Source: an uncultured Prolixibacteraceae bacterium
Lineage (GTDB): Bacteria > Bacteroidota > Bacteroidia > Bacteroidales > UBA1556
Assembly (NCBI GenBank): GCA_964442545.1
Contig: CAYUAN010000220.1
Span: forward strand, 1-38,812
Reading direction: 5' to 3'
DNA length: 38,812 bases
Shown piece after piece: positions 18,470-27,295 of this stretch (the first letter of the stretch is position 1; every line of letters begins with the position of its first letter). The notes beneath the pieces are model-generated. The model had not been told where the DNA came from and did not search any database. It saw only the letters and a list, made by a program, of their open reading frames with translations. A program made the position numbers and the translations under genes.

Positions 18470-18483
18470 AGGCTTTTTTCCAA

Positions 18484-18518
18484 ATAAAAAAGGAGGCCTC
18501 AGATTTGAGTGCCTCCTT
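18484..18518 (-). terminator. Rho-independent terminator after the C25 peptidase gene
   Basis: On the - strand: AAGGAGGC(A)CTCA, loop AATC, TGAGGCCTCCTT, followed by TTTTTATTT. Confidence 0.6.
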
Positions 18519-18541
18519 GGAATTCGTTTTGCTCTCCGAGC

Positions 18542-21500
18542 TTATTTGATAATAAGATTGCGGGTATCCAGGATATGCTCTTCGTCCTGAATTTGTAAAT
18601 AATAAATTCCGGCAGCATGATGGCTTAAATCCACAACTTCGCTATGTTTGCCATGCACCTCAATAGTTCGGGAATAGATAAGTTTTCCGAGATTATTATA
18701 CACCTTAAGTATGAAAGAGTGTTGCATATCGGTATTCAAACTAAGTGTAAATATCCCCGATTCACTTGGGTTGGGATAAAGTCCGATTTCCACCTCATTG
18801 GTAGCGGTATTTATTCCCACGGTATTATAAATCACGGTGGTTTTGTAGCTTTCACATTGATTACTGTCAAGAACTTTCACCTGATAAATCCCGGCACATA
18901 AGTTTGTTGCTGTTGCTGTAGTTTGGGCTCCCGGATCATTCCATAAATAAGTGTAGGGTGGAACGCCTCCGCTTACATTTGCCGTGGCCGATCCGCTGCA
19001 ATTTCCTGTTGCATCATCGACTGTGGCAATGTTTAATGATAATGCCGGCGGCTGATTGATTACAAATGTTTGTTGTGTCTGGCAACCTGCCGAATCCGTT
19101 ACCGTAACGGTATAGGTGTTTGCCGATAGATTGCTCAGATTTTGGGAAGTTGCCCCATTGCTCCATTGATAGGAATAAGGGCTGTATCCACCCTGGGTCG
19201 TCAATATAATACTGCCCGAACTGGTGTAGTAACATTTTGCATCATGGGTTTGACCGCTAACACTTAATGCGGCGGAAGGCCCGGTGACGATTATAGTGTC
19301 GGTTAATACGGTGTTCGCACTATCCTGAACGGTATAAATATAGGTTCCGGCGGGAAGATTATTCCGTAAAAAGTTCGTGTCACCGTCGGTCCAACTGATA
19401 TGGAAGGGCGGCGTGCCGCAAGATGGAATTACCTCAATACTTCCGTTGCTGTCATTCATGCAAATCGTTCCGCTAACAACATTATAAACCCCAAACTGCC
19501 CCCCACTTCCTTTACTGATGGGTTTAATCAGCGGGCGCATATCGCGCGCGCTTATGGTCAGGGTAAAGCTCATTCCTTGTAAATTAAACAGCGGAATACT
19601 TCCGTTGCCGTTCACCAATTGAATACGGGCCAGCAATTGGTTATTATCCGTAAGTGTAACAATAGCATTGGAATCATTGCAGTTGCTGATAACCAGAGCG
19701 GTATCGGTACAATTAAAAGTGGTGTCAAAGTTAGCCGTCAATTGCTGGGGCTGTTCCGTCCAAATACGCATGGCCGGATCGCCGAAATAGTGGAACAATT
19801 CATGTGTATAGCGTGTTCCCGTATTGTTCCCCTCCCAGGTCTGTACTTCGCGAATCAATCCATGATTCAATACATCGCCCATGGTTACGATATCGGTATG
19901 CGGTGTTATCCCCGGATTGTTGATTCCTCCATTACCAAAAACAGGAACCAGGCCGGGATTTGACCAAATGGCATCAATCATTCCAATGGATAAACCGTCG
20001 TTATAACCGCTGTAACTATAATAAGATGCCGCCACAACACCAACAGCTCCGCCATTGCTTTTACGCATAAAAGTTTCGGCAAAACATGAATTCAAGGTAA
20101 ATTCGCCGGTATGGCAATTAATACTAAAAACCACAGGTAATTTGTCGCCATTATTTAATAAACCGATTTTACTGTTTGTGAAATAGGGATGCGCCCATCC
20201 GGAGCCTCCCGAATATCCGTGGTCGCGGTGGAAAACATAAAACTTTCCTGCATTAATAGCATTCTTGATGTCTGTGGAACCTCCGTTCCAATTAAAGCCG
20301 TTTGATTTTTTCAGAACATTTGGGATCGCTGTTCCTGCGGGTGAGTAATAGCCGTTATTATAATATGTAGGATTAACGTTTGAAGCAGTATAATAAATGC
20401 GCTGTACCGCATATCCCTTGCTTGTCGTATAATTACGAATATCCTCACTAGTATGGGCAAACCGGCGATCGGCATAACCGTTGTTATCGTCATCTTGGTA
20501 TTGTGCGCAATTTAATCCGTTTTGATAAAAGCTGCTGTCGCTTACGGGATTACGTTCGTAATTGATAATTTTCGAAACCTGCAAAAGTGCATCCGCAGCC
20601 GTGTTGGCCGAAATACGGCCCTTGGCCATATCCGGCACATAATCACCGGTTCCGTCCATACACACATAGTAAAGGTCGGTACCAAATTGGTTGCCTCCGG
20701 AATTAGTAATCACCTTGGCCGGCACAAATTGATGGTCGCCCATAATCAGTAAATAATCAGGCTTAGGAGTCCAATTATTATATAATGCATGAACCGTACT
20801 GTCCACTTGAGCAGAGGTCCAAGTGCTTTGCGAAACCACTTCAACGCTGTAGCCCAGCTGGCGTTTCCAACGGGCCAAAGAATCCGCGGCCGCCAGGAAA
20901 TTCGCATGGGTAATGATGATATAATTTTTAGCATTTCCGGTGTTTTGCATGATGCCTTGATTTCCGGCGTATTGCTGAATATCAGATTTCAGGCTCTGTG
21001 CATTCAAAGGGAAATTACTCATATAATCCAAGGCGGATTTACTGTGTTGCCTATAATCCATAAAATGGCTTGCCCCCTTAAAACGGAGTTCATAAGTTAA
21101 ATTCTCATGCATAAAAATTTGACCTGTTGCCGGATTGTATTGAATAGGAGTAATTTCCACCATAGCGTAGCGAAGGCCGCGAATGCGAATAATTTCACGG
21201 ATGCGTATGGGCTCCGCGGGATAAATTTGATCTTTTTTATAGAAATCCCGGTCGATTTCAAATTCCGGCTCCGGGGCTCCTTCCGTATCACGGGCGGGCT
21301 GCAAAGCCGGATAAATACGGTAATTGTTTTTAACCAAAGCGATATCATGCTGAATGGTCAATTCGTAATCGGCTCCTTCGGGAATGGCAACCAGATCAAT
21401 ATGCGATGGGAGTGCGGGTTTCCCGACTTCTTGTAAATGACTGAAGTTTTTAATTGCCAAAACTTGATAGCGGTCATTCTTTTCCGTTTTATTTATAACG

Positions 21501-21676
21501 GCAGCATCATCAAAATGATAAGAAATATGGATTCCTTCAAGTCCGCGATCGTCAATTGCGCGAACCGGCTCATTTAGTGCGGTAGCTTTTTTATAGCCCG
21601 AAAAGCTTAGCAAATTGCTTTGAGAAAATCCGAAAATAGCAAGCAGGATTAAGGAAATAGTAAAAAAATATTTCAT
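18542..21676 (-). CDS. Secreted C25 (gingipain-like) cysteine peptidase with SprB-type repeats and a T9SS C-terminal sorting domain
   Basis: Signal peptide MKYFFTISLILLAIFGFS. Candidate catalytic His (VFHRDHGYSGG) and Cys (VFSINCHTGEF), spaced as in C25. Three Cys-containing ~70 aa repeats. The last ~83 aa (LYPNPS...GIYYLQIQ...) form a type A T9SS CTD. ATG at 21676. Confidence 0.85.
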   Translation of the reverse strand: MKYFFTISLILLAIFGFSQSNLLSFSGYKKATALNEPVRAIDDRGLEGIHISYHFDDAAVINKTEKNDRYQVLAIKNFSHLQEVGKPALPSHIDLVAIPEGADYELTIQHDIALVKNNYRIYPALQPARDTEGAPEPEFEIDRDFYKKDQIYPAEPIRIREIIRIRGLRYAMVEITPIQYNPATGQIFMHENLTYELRFKGASHFMDYRQHSKSALDYMSNFPLNAQSLKSDIQQYAGNQGIMQNTGNAKNYIIITHANFLAAADSLARWKRQLGYSVEVVSQSTWTSAQVDSTVHALYNNWTPKPDYLLIMGDHQFVPAKVITNSGGNQFGTDLYYVCMDGTGDYVPDMAKGRISANTAADALLQVSKIINYERNPVSDSSFYQNGLNCAQYQDDDNNGYADRRFAHTSEDIRNYTTSKGYAVQRIYYTASNVNPTYYNNGYYSPAGTAIPNVLKKSNGFNWNGGSTDIKNAINAGKFYVFHRDHGYSGGSGWAHPYFTNSKIGLLNNGDKLPVVFSINCHTGEFTLNSCFAETFMRKSNGGAVGVVAASYYSYSGYNDGLSIGMIDAIWSNPGLVPVFGNGGINNPGITPHTDIVTMGDVLNHGLIREVQTWEGNNTGTRYTHELFHYFGDPAMRIWTEQPQQLTANFDTTFNCTDTALVISNCNDSNAIVTLTDNNQLLARIQLVNGNGSIPLFNLQGMSFTLTISARDMRPLIKPISKGSGGQFGVYNVVSGTICMNDSNGSIEVIPSCGTPPFHISWTDGDTNFLRNNLPAGTYIYTVQDSANTVLTDTIIVTGPSAALSVSGQTHDAKCYYTSSGSIILTTQGGYSPYSYQWSNGATSQNLSNLSANTYTVTVTDSAGCQTQQTFVINQPPALSLNIATVDDATGNCSGSATANVSGGVPPYTYLWNDPGAQTTATATNLCAGIYQVKVLDSNQCESYKTTVIYNTVGINTATNEVEIGLYPNPSESGIFTLSLNTDMQHSFILKVYNNLGKLIYSRTIEVHGKHSEVVDLSHHAAGIYYLQIQDEEHILDTRNLIIK
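18830..19489 (-). repeat. Three tandem SprB-type domain repeats (protein level) inside the C25 peptidase CDS
   Basis: Each unit has C..S.GSI.....GG.PPY.Y.W.....T....NL.AG.Y.V.V.DS..C. Examples: CMNDSNGSIEV..PPFHISW, CYYTSSGSII..SPYSYQW, CSGSATANV..PPYTYLW. Confidence 0.55.
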
Positions 21677-21718
21677 GTGTTGAAATCTAATTAATTGTGT
21701 ATATTGTGTGTCTGGCGG

Positions 21719-21726
21719 CAAAAATA
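21719..21726 (-). promoter_or_regulatory. Candidate -7 box (TATTTTTG) for the C25 peptidase
   Basis: CAAAAATA on the + strand, 43 nt upstream of the ATG at 21676. Confidence 0.4.
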
Positions 21727-21834
21727 AGATTTTAATACTAATGATATTTGTTTTTCGAATATTTATCGCAATATACCCTATTTTAAAGCCGTTTCACCCT
21801 TGATTTTGCACTGCATCAATCAGCAATTATTTCC

Positions 21835-21842
21835 TATCTTTG
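21835..21842 (+). promoter_or_regulatory. Candidate -7 box (TATCTTTG) for the pigment cluster operon
   Basis: Exact TAnnTTTG match 80 nt upstream of the ammonia-lyase ATG. The nearest upstream TTTG (21805-21808) is spaced more widely than the usual -33 element. Confidence 0.35.
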
Positions 21843-21921
21843 CCTCTTAATGTAAAATACCCCGAATAAGGTTTTTATACATTTTTTATGCATAGGAATA
21901 TTCTCAGATAAAACACTAATA

Positions 21922-23460
21922 ATGACAAATATAGGAGCAAGTGAGCTAAGTCTGTCCGGAGTTTATGATATCCTTTTTAACGAAAAAAAACTCAGGATAG
22001 CTGAGCATACGGTGCAAGAGATGCAGGCCAGTTTTGATTTTCTGAAAGAAATATCGGAGAATAAAGTGGTATATGGTATTAATACCGGCTTGGGCCCGAT
22101 GGCACAGTTTAAAATCGAGCCGTATGAGCAGATAGATTTGCAATACAATCTTATTCGCAGTCATGCAAGTGGTACCGGTGAAGCCTTACGCCCCGTTCAT
22201 GTAAAAGCCGCTATGGTTTGCCGGCTGAACACACTTTCTCAGGCTCGTTCCGGTGTACATCCCGATGTGGCCGATGTCCTTATTGCAATGGTAAATAATG
22301 ATGTTACCCCACTGATTCCCGTGCATGGCGGGGTAGGGGCGAGTGGCGATTTGGTACAACTTGCTCATTTGGCCCTTACCGTAATCGGCGAGGGCGAAGT
22401 TTTTTATAAAGGTATGCGACGACCGACAGCAGAGGTGTTTAAGGAACTAAATATTAAGCCGCTAAAGGTCCGTCTGCGTGAGGGCTTGGGCATGATTAAT
22501 GGAACCTCCGTGATGAGTGGTATCGGTATTGTGAGCATTATTAAGAGTTACCATTTGTTGAATTGGTCCTTGGTGACTGCCGCGATGATTAATGAAGTGG
22601 TCAGTTCGTTTTCCGACCATTTTTCCGAAGAGTTAAACGAGGTAAAACATCATGCCGGACAGCAAAAGATTGCAGCGGCCTTGCGGACACAAATGGAAGA
22701 TAGTAAACTGATTCGTCAGCGTTGTGATTTTCCCTTTGACGGAACCCTGAAAGGAAATGAATACCAGCAAAAAATACAAGAATATTATTCCCTGCGCTGT
22801 ATTCCGCAAATTCTGGGGCCGATTTATGATACCATCGAAAATGCGGAGCAGGTGCTAATCGCCGAAGTAAATTCGGTAAGTGATAATCCGGTAATTGATT
22901 ATAAGCGGAAGAAAGTATTCCACGGCGGAAACTTTCATGGCGATTATGTTTCTCTGGAAATGGATAAGCTGCGTTTGGCCGTAATTAAACTTTCGATGCT
23001 GGCCGAGCGGCAGATTAATTATCTGATGAATGATAAGCTGAACGGTATCTTGCCGCCTTTTGTCAATCTGGGCAAAAAAGGATTGAACCTCGGTATGCAA
23101 GGCGTTCAATTTACGGCCACCTCAACGGTTGCCGAGAATCAAAGTCTGGGTACTTCGCTCTATATTCACAGCATTCCGAACAATAACGATAATCAGGATA
23201 TCGTGAGTATGGGAGCCAATTCAGCCTTGGCTACGGACAAGGTTATTGATAACAGTTTTGAGGTTATGGCGATTGAATTGCTTACGCTGGTGCAGGCGAT
23301 AGATTACCTGAAAATCCGGGATAAACTATCCACCTCATCACGGGCTGTTTATGATGACATTCGTGCTTTGGTTCCCACTTTTTCCGAAGATACAAGCAAA
23401 TACGGGGAATTGGCAAAGATTAAGGACTATTTGAAAACAAAAAAATTGAACATTATATAA
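21922..23460 (+). CDS. MIO-dependent aromatic amino acid ammonia-lyase (HAL/PAL/TAL family), probable tyrosine ammonia-lyase from its context
   Basis: ASG MIO triad at 22339-22347 (GGVGASGDLVQLAHLAL). Also YGINTGLGPMA, EYYSLRCIPQILGP and HGGNFHGDYVSLEMDKL. First gene of a polyene cluster, like FlxA in flexirubin clusters. Confidence 0.88.
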   Translation: MTNIGASELSLSGVYDILFNEKKLRIAEHTVQEMQASFDFLKEISENKVVYGINTGLGPMAQFKIEPYEQIDLQYNLIRSHASGTGEALRPVHVKAAMVCRLNTLSQARSGVHPDVADVLIAMVNNDVTPLIPVHGGVGASGDLVQLAHLALTVIGEGEVFYKGMRRPTAEVFKELNIKPLKVRLREGLGMINGTSVMSGIGIVSIIKSYHLLNWSLVTAAMINEVVSSFSDHFSEELNEVKHHAGQQKIAAALRTQMEDSKLIRQRCDFPFDGTLKGNEYQQKIQEYYSLRCIPQILGPIYDTIENAEQVLIAEVNSVSDNPVIDYKRKKVFHGGNFHGDYVSLEMDKLRLAVIKLSMLAERQINYLMNDKLNGILPPFVNLGKKGLNLGMQGVQFTATSTVAENQSLGTSLYIHSIPNNNDNQDIVSMGANSALATDKVIDNSFEVMAIELLTLVQAIDYLKIRDKLSTSSRAVYDDIRALVPTFSEDTSKYGELAKIKDYLKTKKLNII

Positions 23461-24188
23461 TGCGAACAGCTTTAGTAACCGGAGGTTCCCGCGGAATCGG
23501 ACGGGCAATATGCCAACAATTGGCAGCGGATGGTTTTCATGTTTTGATAAACTATCGTTCAAATCACGTTGAGGCGGAAGAAACATTATCGACTATTCAG
23601 GCCGGCGGGGGCTCAGCCGAATTAATGCCTTTTGATGTGGCGAACATTGAAGCGGTACGCGCGGCTTTGCGCGCTTGGAAAGAGCAGCACGCTGAAGATT
23701 ATATTTCGGTATTGGTTAATAATGCCGGTATCAGTCGCGATAACCTGATGGTGTTTATGAATGATGAAGAATGGGAAAGCGTATTGACGACCAATCTGGA
23801 TAGCTTTTTCTATGTGACGAAGGAATTGCTGCAGGATATGATTGTAAACAAGCACGGACGCATTATCAATATTGTTTCGCTTTCGGGCATGAAAGGACAG
23901 CCCGGCCAGGTGAATTATTCGGCGGCTAAGGCAGGCGTGGTTGGCGCTACCAAAGCTTTGGCTCAGGAAATCGGCAAGAAGAAAGTCACCGTAAACGCGG
24001 TGGCCCCCGGTTTTATCACAACGGATATGACCAGGGAAATGCCCGAAAAAGAATTGAAGCGAATGATTCCGCTGAACCGTTTCGGAAAGCCGGAAGAGGT
24101 GGCGCATTTGGTTTCTTTTCTTGCCTCGGACAAATCAGCCTATATCACAGGCGAAACCATACAAATTAACGGAGGATTATACACTTAA
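23460..24188 (+). CDS. 3-oxoacyl-ACP reductase (FabG/ApeQ-like)
   Basis: TGGSRGIGRA, NNAG and YSAAKAG (YxxxK). Its start overlaps the previous stop (TAATG). Confidence 0.9.
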   Translation: MRTALVTGGSRGIGRAICQQLAADGFHVLINYRSNHVEAEETLSTIQAGGGSAELMPFDVANIEAVRAALRAWKEQHAEDYISVLVNNAGISRDNLMVFMNDEEWESVLTTNLDSFFYVTKELLQDMIVNKHGRIINIVSLSGMKGQPGQVNYSAAKAGVVGATKALAQEIGKKKVTVNAVAPGFITTDMTREMPEKELKRMIPLNRFGKPEEVAHLVSFLASDKSAYITGETIQINGGLYT

Positions 24189-24207
24189 TTAATAGATAGA
24201 GAAGTAA

Positions 24208-25428
24208 ATGGATCGCAGAGTTGTCATCACCGGAACGGGTATTTATGCCACCATTGGTAAAAACCTTGATGAGGTAAAAGATTCTTTATACCACGGCAAG
24301 TCGGGCATCGGGTTTGATCCCGCCCGCAAGGAATTAGGCTTTCGTTCGGCCTTAACAGGCATTATCGAGCGCCCTGTGCTGAAGGGTGTGCTGCCGCGCC
24401 GCATGCGGATTGGTTTGGCCGAGCAAGGTGAATATGCCTATGTGGCCACGATGGAGGCTTTGAAAAACGCCCACATCGATGAAGCTTTTTTGGATGCCAA
24501 TGAAGTGGGTATTTTATATGGAAACGACAGCTCGGCAGTGCCCGTTATTCAGGCGGCGGATATTATTCGCGAAAAGAAAAATACGGTTATGGTGGGTTCG
24601 GGTTCTATTTTTCAGTCGATGAACTCGACCGTAACCATGAACCTTTCCGTAATTTTGAAATTACGGGGAATCAATTTTACCGTAAGTGGCGCCTGCGCCA
24701 GTGGTTCACATGCCATTGGTATGGCTTATCTGTTGATTAAACAAGGTTTGCAGGATATGATTATTACCGGAGGTGCTCAGGAAATCAATGCCCTGTCCAT
24801 GGGTAATTTCGACGCATTGAACGCTTTTTCCGTGCGTGAAGACGAGCCCACAAAAGCTTCCCGCCCCTTTGATAAAGATCGTGATGGCTTGGTTCCCAGT
24901 GGTGGAGCAGCTACCTTGGTGCTCGAAAGCTATGAGTCTGCGGTAAAACGCGGGGCGCCGATTCTCGCGGAGGTTTTGGGCTACGGTTTTTCATCTAACG
25001 GCGATCATATCTCGGTTCCCAATGTTGTAGGCCCCACAATCTCTTTGGAGCGGGCAATTAATGACGCCGGCATCGACCCTTCGGAAGTGGACTATGTAAA
25101 TGCCCACGCGACCTCGACGCCTGTGGGTGATATGAACGAAGCTCAGGCTTTGGATAATATCTTCGGGAAATACAAAACTCCGATTAGTTCAACCAAATCC
25201 ATGACCGGCCACGAAATGTGGATGGGTGGGGCCAGCGAGATAATTTATTCCATGATTATGGCGCAAAATTCATTTATCGCGCCCAATATTAATTTCGAAA
25301 ATCCTGATGAGTACTCCAAAAACCTGAATATTGTACGGGAGACCATGCAAGCGGAAATCAAGCTTTTCGTGTCCAATTCTTTTGGTTTTGGCGGCACAAA
25401 CTCATCCCTGGTTGTGCGGATGCTTTAG
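24208..25428 (+). CDS. Beta-ketoacyl-ACP synthase (FabB/F-like, stand-alone KS)
   Basis: Cys-His-His triad: SGACASGSHAIG, NAHATSTPVGD, GHEMWMGGASE. Ends with GFGGTNSSLVV. Confidence 0.9.
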   Translation: MDRRVVITGTGIYATIGKNLDEVKDSLYHGKSGIGFDPARKELGFRSALTGIIERPVLKGVLPRRMRIGLAEQGEYAYVATMEALKNAHIDEAFLDANEVGILYGNDSSAVPVIQAADIIREKKNTVMVGSGSIFQSMNSTVTMNLSVILKLRGINFTVSGACASGSHAIGMAYLLIKQGLQDMIITGGAQEINALSMGNFDALNAFSVREDEPTKASRPFDKDRDGLVPSGGAATLVLESYESAVKRGAPILAEVLGYGFSSNGDHISVPNVVGPTISLERAINDAGIDPSEVDYVNAHATSTPVGDMNEAQALDNIFGKYKTPISSTKSMTGHEMWMGGASEIIYSMIMAQNSFIAPNINFENPDEYSKNLNIVRETMQAEIKLFVSNSFGFGGTNSSLVVRML

Positions 25429-25511
25429 TCTCATTTTGTGCTATTTATGTAGTTTTGTGGTATTTCTATGCCTAAATTATTTGAAGGGGTTTAGAATTAA
25501 ACATTATTTAT

Positions 25512-25519
25512 TACTTTTG
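25512..25519 (+). promoter_or_regulatory. Candidate internal -7 box (TACTTTTG) upstream of ACP-1
   Basis: Exact TAnnTTTG match within the 128-nt gap between the KS and ACP genes, 38 nt upstream of the ATG at 25557. Confidence 0.3.
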
Positions 25520-25556
25520 CCGCAGTTTTTACGATAAGAATCAGTAGCAGAAAGAT

Positions 25557-25796
25557 ATGGATGTAAAATCAACCATTAACGAATTTTTAATTGACGAATT
25601 TGAACTGGAGCCGGACCAGCTGGTGCCTGATGCAAAGCTAAAAGACGATTTGGATATCGGCAGTTTGGATTTTGTTGATATTGCGGTAATTGTCGAAAAA
25701 GAGTTTGGCTTTAAAGTCAAAAGTGAGGATATGGTAAACATCCGTGTATTGCAGGATTTATACGATTATATCGAGCAAAAGGCCAATTCAAATTAA
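25557..25796 (+). CDS. Acyl carrier protein 1
   Basis: 79 aa, acidic. The phosphopantetheine-attachment region reads LDIGSLDFVDIAV. Confidence 0.85.
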   Translation: MDVKSTINEFLIDEFELEPDQLVPDAKLKDDLDIGSLDFVDIAVIVEKEFGFKVKSEDMVNIRVLQDLYDYIEQKANSN

Positions 25797-25808
25797 TAAA
25801 CTCCTCAA

Positions 25809-26723
25809 ATGCGTTCATGGAAAGGCAAAACGCGGGGAGGTCTCTGGGGATATAAATTCTTTATCTTAAGTCTTCGATTTTTCGGGCTCAATTTTGCTTA
25901 TTTCATACTCTATTTCGTAGTGGTATATTTCGCGCTTTTCGCCCCGAAAGCCACCCGTTCCATTTATTTCTACTTCCGTAAAGTACGCGGACAATCCGCT
26001 CTGAAATCCTTTTTCAATATTTTCCGTAATTATTATGTTTTCGGCCAGGTGCTTTTGGATAAAACCGCTTTGCTTGCCGGGTTTACTACCGATTTTACTT
26101 ACGATTTCGACGGCGAATACCGTTTGCACGATTTGGCGGCCAAAAAACAAGGCGCTTTGCTGGTGGGCGCCCATGCCGGGAATTGGGAAATCGCGGGCCA
26201 ATTGCTTGAACGTATCAATACCACCATTCATATTGTGATGCTGGAGGCCGAGCACGAACAGATCAAAAAACTCATGGATACGGTTTTGGTAAAAAAAGAT
26301 GTGGATATTATTCCCATAAAGAAAGATATGTCGCATTTGCTAAAAATCAAAGAGGCCTTCGATAATAACCATTTTGTGGCCATGCATGGTGATCGTTTTG
26401 TGGAGGGAAATAAATTCTTGCTTTGCGATTTTTACGGAAAAAAAGCGGCCTTCCCGACCGGCCCCTTTTATATGGCCACGAAATTTAAGGTGCCCATCGT
26501 ATTTGTATCGGCCATGAAAGTAAATCGCCGCCATTATCACTTTCACGCCACAGAACCCAAAGTTTATCCCTATCCTGCCAATCCGAAAAAACGTGACGAG
26601 CAAATCCGGGTGATATTGAAGGATTATATCGCCGAGATAACACGCATGCTCGACCAATATCCCCTGCAATGGTTTAATTATTACGAATTCTGGGAAGAGC
26701 AGAAAAAAGAAGCTAAATCCTAA
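25809..26723 (+). CDS. LpxL/HtrB-like lysophospholipid (lipid A-type) acyltransferase (ApeD-like)
   Basis: N-terminal TM segment, then the GAHAGNWE (HxxxxE) catalytic motif typical of LpxL-family acyl-ACP-dependent acyltransferases. Confidence 0.8.
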   Translation: MRSWKGKTRGGLWGYKFFILSLRFFGLNFAYFILYFVVVYFALFAPKATRSIYFYFRKVRGQSALKSFFNIFRNYYVFGQVLLDKTALLAGFTTDFTYDFDGEYRLHDLAAKKQGALLVGAHAGNWEIAGQLLERINTTIHIVMLEAEHEQIKKLMDTVLVKKDVDIIPIKKDMSHLLKIKEAFDNNHFVAMHGDRFVEGNKFLLCDFYGKKAAFPTGPFYMATKFKVPIVFVSAMKVNRRHYHFHATEPKVYPYPANPKKRDEQIRVILKDYIAEITRMLDQYPLQWFNYYEFWEEQKKEAKS

Positions 26724-26869
26724 CAGATAGTAGTTGAGGGGATTCAGCTTTGTTTGTTTCACCTTTGTTTACTGTTCAATCCCCATTGCCCACATGTAAA
26801 ATTCTAAAAAACCTTAGCCGAAAAAACTTATTTTAGCACCTTTATTATAGGTGTTTATTTTTAGCAATC

Positions 26870-27295
26870 ATGCAAGAACTTTTAAACCGTCCTGTTTTGG
26901 ATTTTATTCCCCAACGGCCTCCTTTTGTGTTGGTTGACCGCATTGTGGAATGTAATGAGGACTTTACCCGCAGTGAGTTCACGGTACAATCGGAACATCT
27001 GCTCTGCAAAGACGGTTTCTTGCAGGAGGGCGGCCTGATTGAAAATATCGCTCAAACGGCTGCCGCGGGCCATGGCATTTTAATGCTTTCCCAAGGCAAA
27101 GAAGTGGTGCGCGGCTTTATCGGTTCGGTAAAAAATCTGTTGCTTCACAAGCTGCCCCCGGAGGGTACGCTCTTGACGACCACGGTCGATAATGTAAGCG
27201 AAGTGATGAATGTAAACATCGTGAAAGGACGGGTGGAGGACGAATCGGGCGTGCTGTATGCCGAGGGCGAAATGAATATATTTTTAGAAAACTGA
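26870..27295 (+). CDS. Hotdog-fold dehydratase, atypical FabZ-like (ApeP-like)
   Basis: The N-terminal IPQRPPFVLVDRIVE resembles the FabZ LPHR.PfLLVDR motif with H replaced by Q. GHFP is absent. SEH and IENIAQ are retained as possible His/Glu sites. Confidence 0.65.
   Translation: MQELLNRPVLDFIPQRPPFVLVDRIVECNEDFTRSEFTVQSEHLLCKDGFLQEGGLIENIAQTAAAGHGILMLSQGKEVVRGFIGSVKNLLLHKLPPEGTLLTTTVDNVSEVMNVNIVKGRVEDESGVLYAEGEMNIFLEN

Noticed and set aside
21983-21990. A8 homopolymer at codons 21-23 of the first cluster gene as a phase-variation switch for pigmentation
   Set aside because: It simply encodes Glu-Lys-Lys in an A/T-favouring codon context. A8 runs are not rare here, and there is no evidence of length variation from a single sequence.
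21922-23460. Annotating the ammonia-lyase as histidine ammonia-lyase HutH
   Set aside because: No hutU, hutI or hutG genes are nearby, and the gene is translationally coupled (TAATG) to a polyketide-type KR/KS set. The S-H pair is retained as an open question in the findings rather than as a HutH call.
25331-25537. Cys-rich hydrophobic 68-aa ORF spanning the KS 3' end and the KS-ACP gap
   Set aside because: It starts at a TTG, overlaps the KS in another frame, and has no supporting signal. The gap is better explained as an internal promoter region.
26738-26784. GGGGATT...AATCCCC hairpin with two CTTTGTTT direct repeats after the acyltransferase gene, as an internal terminator
   Set aside because: The stem is 7 bp with a 33-nt loop and no U-tract, which is too weak to call. 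It may still matter for the 146-nt gap before the dehydratase gene.
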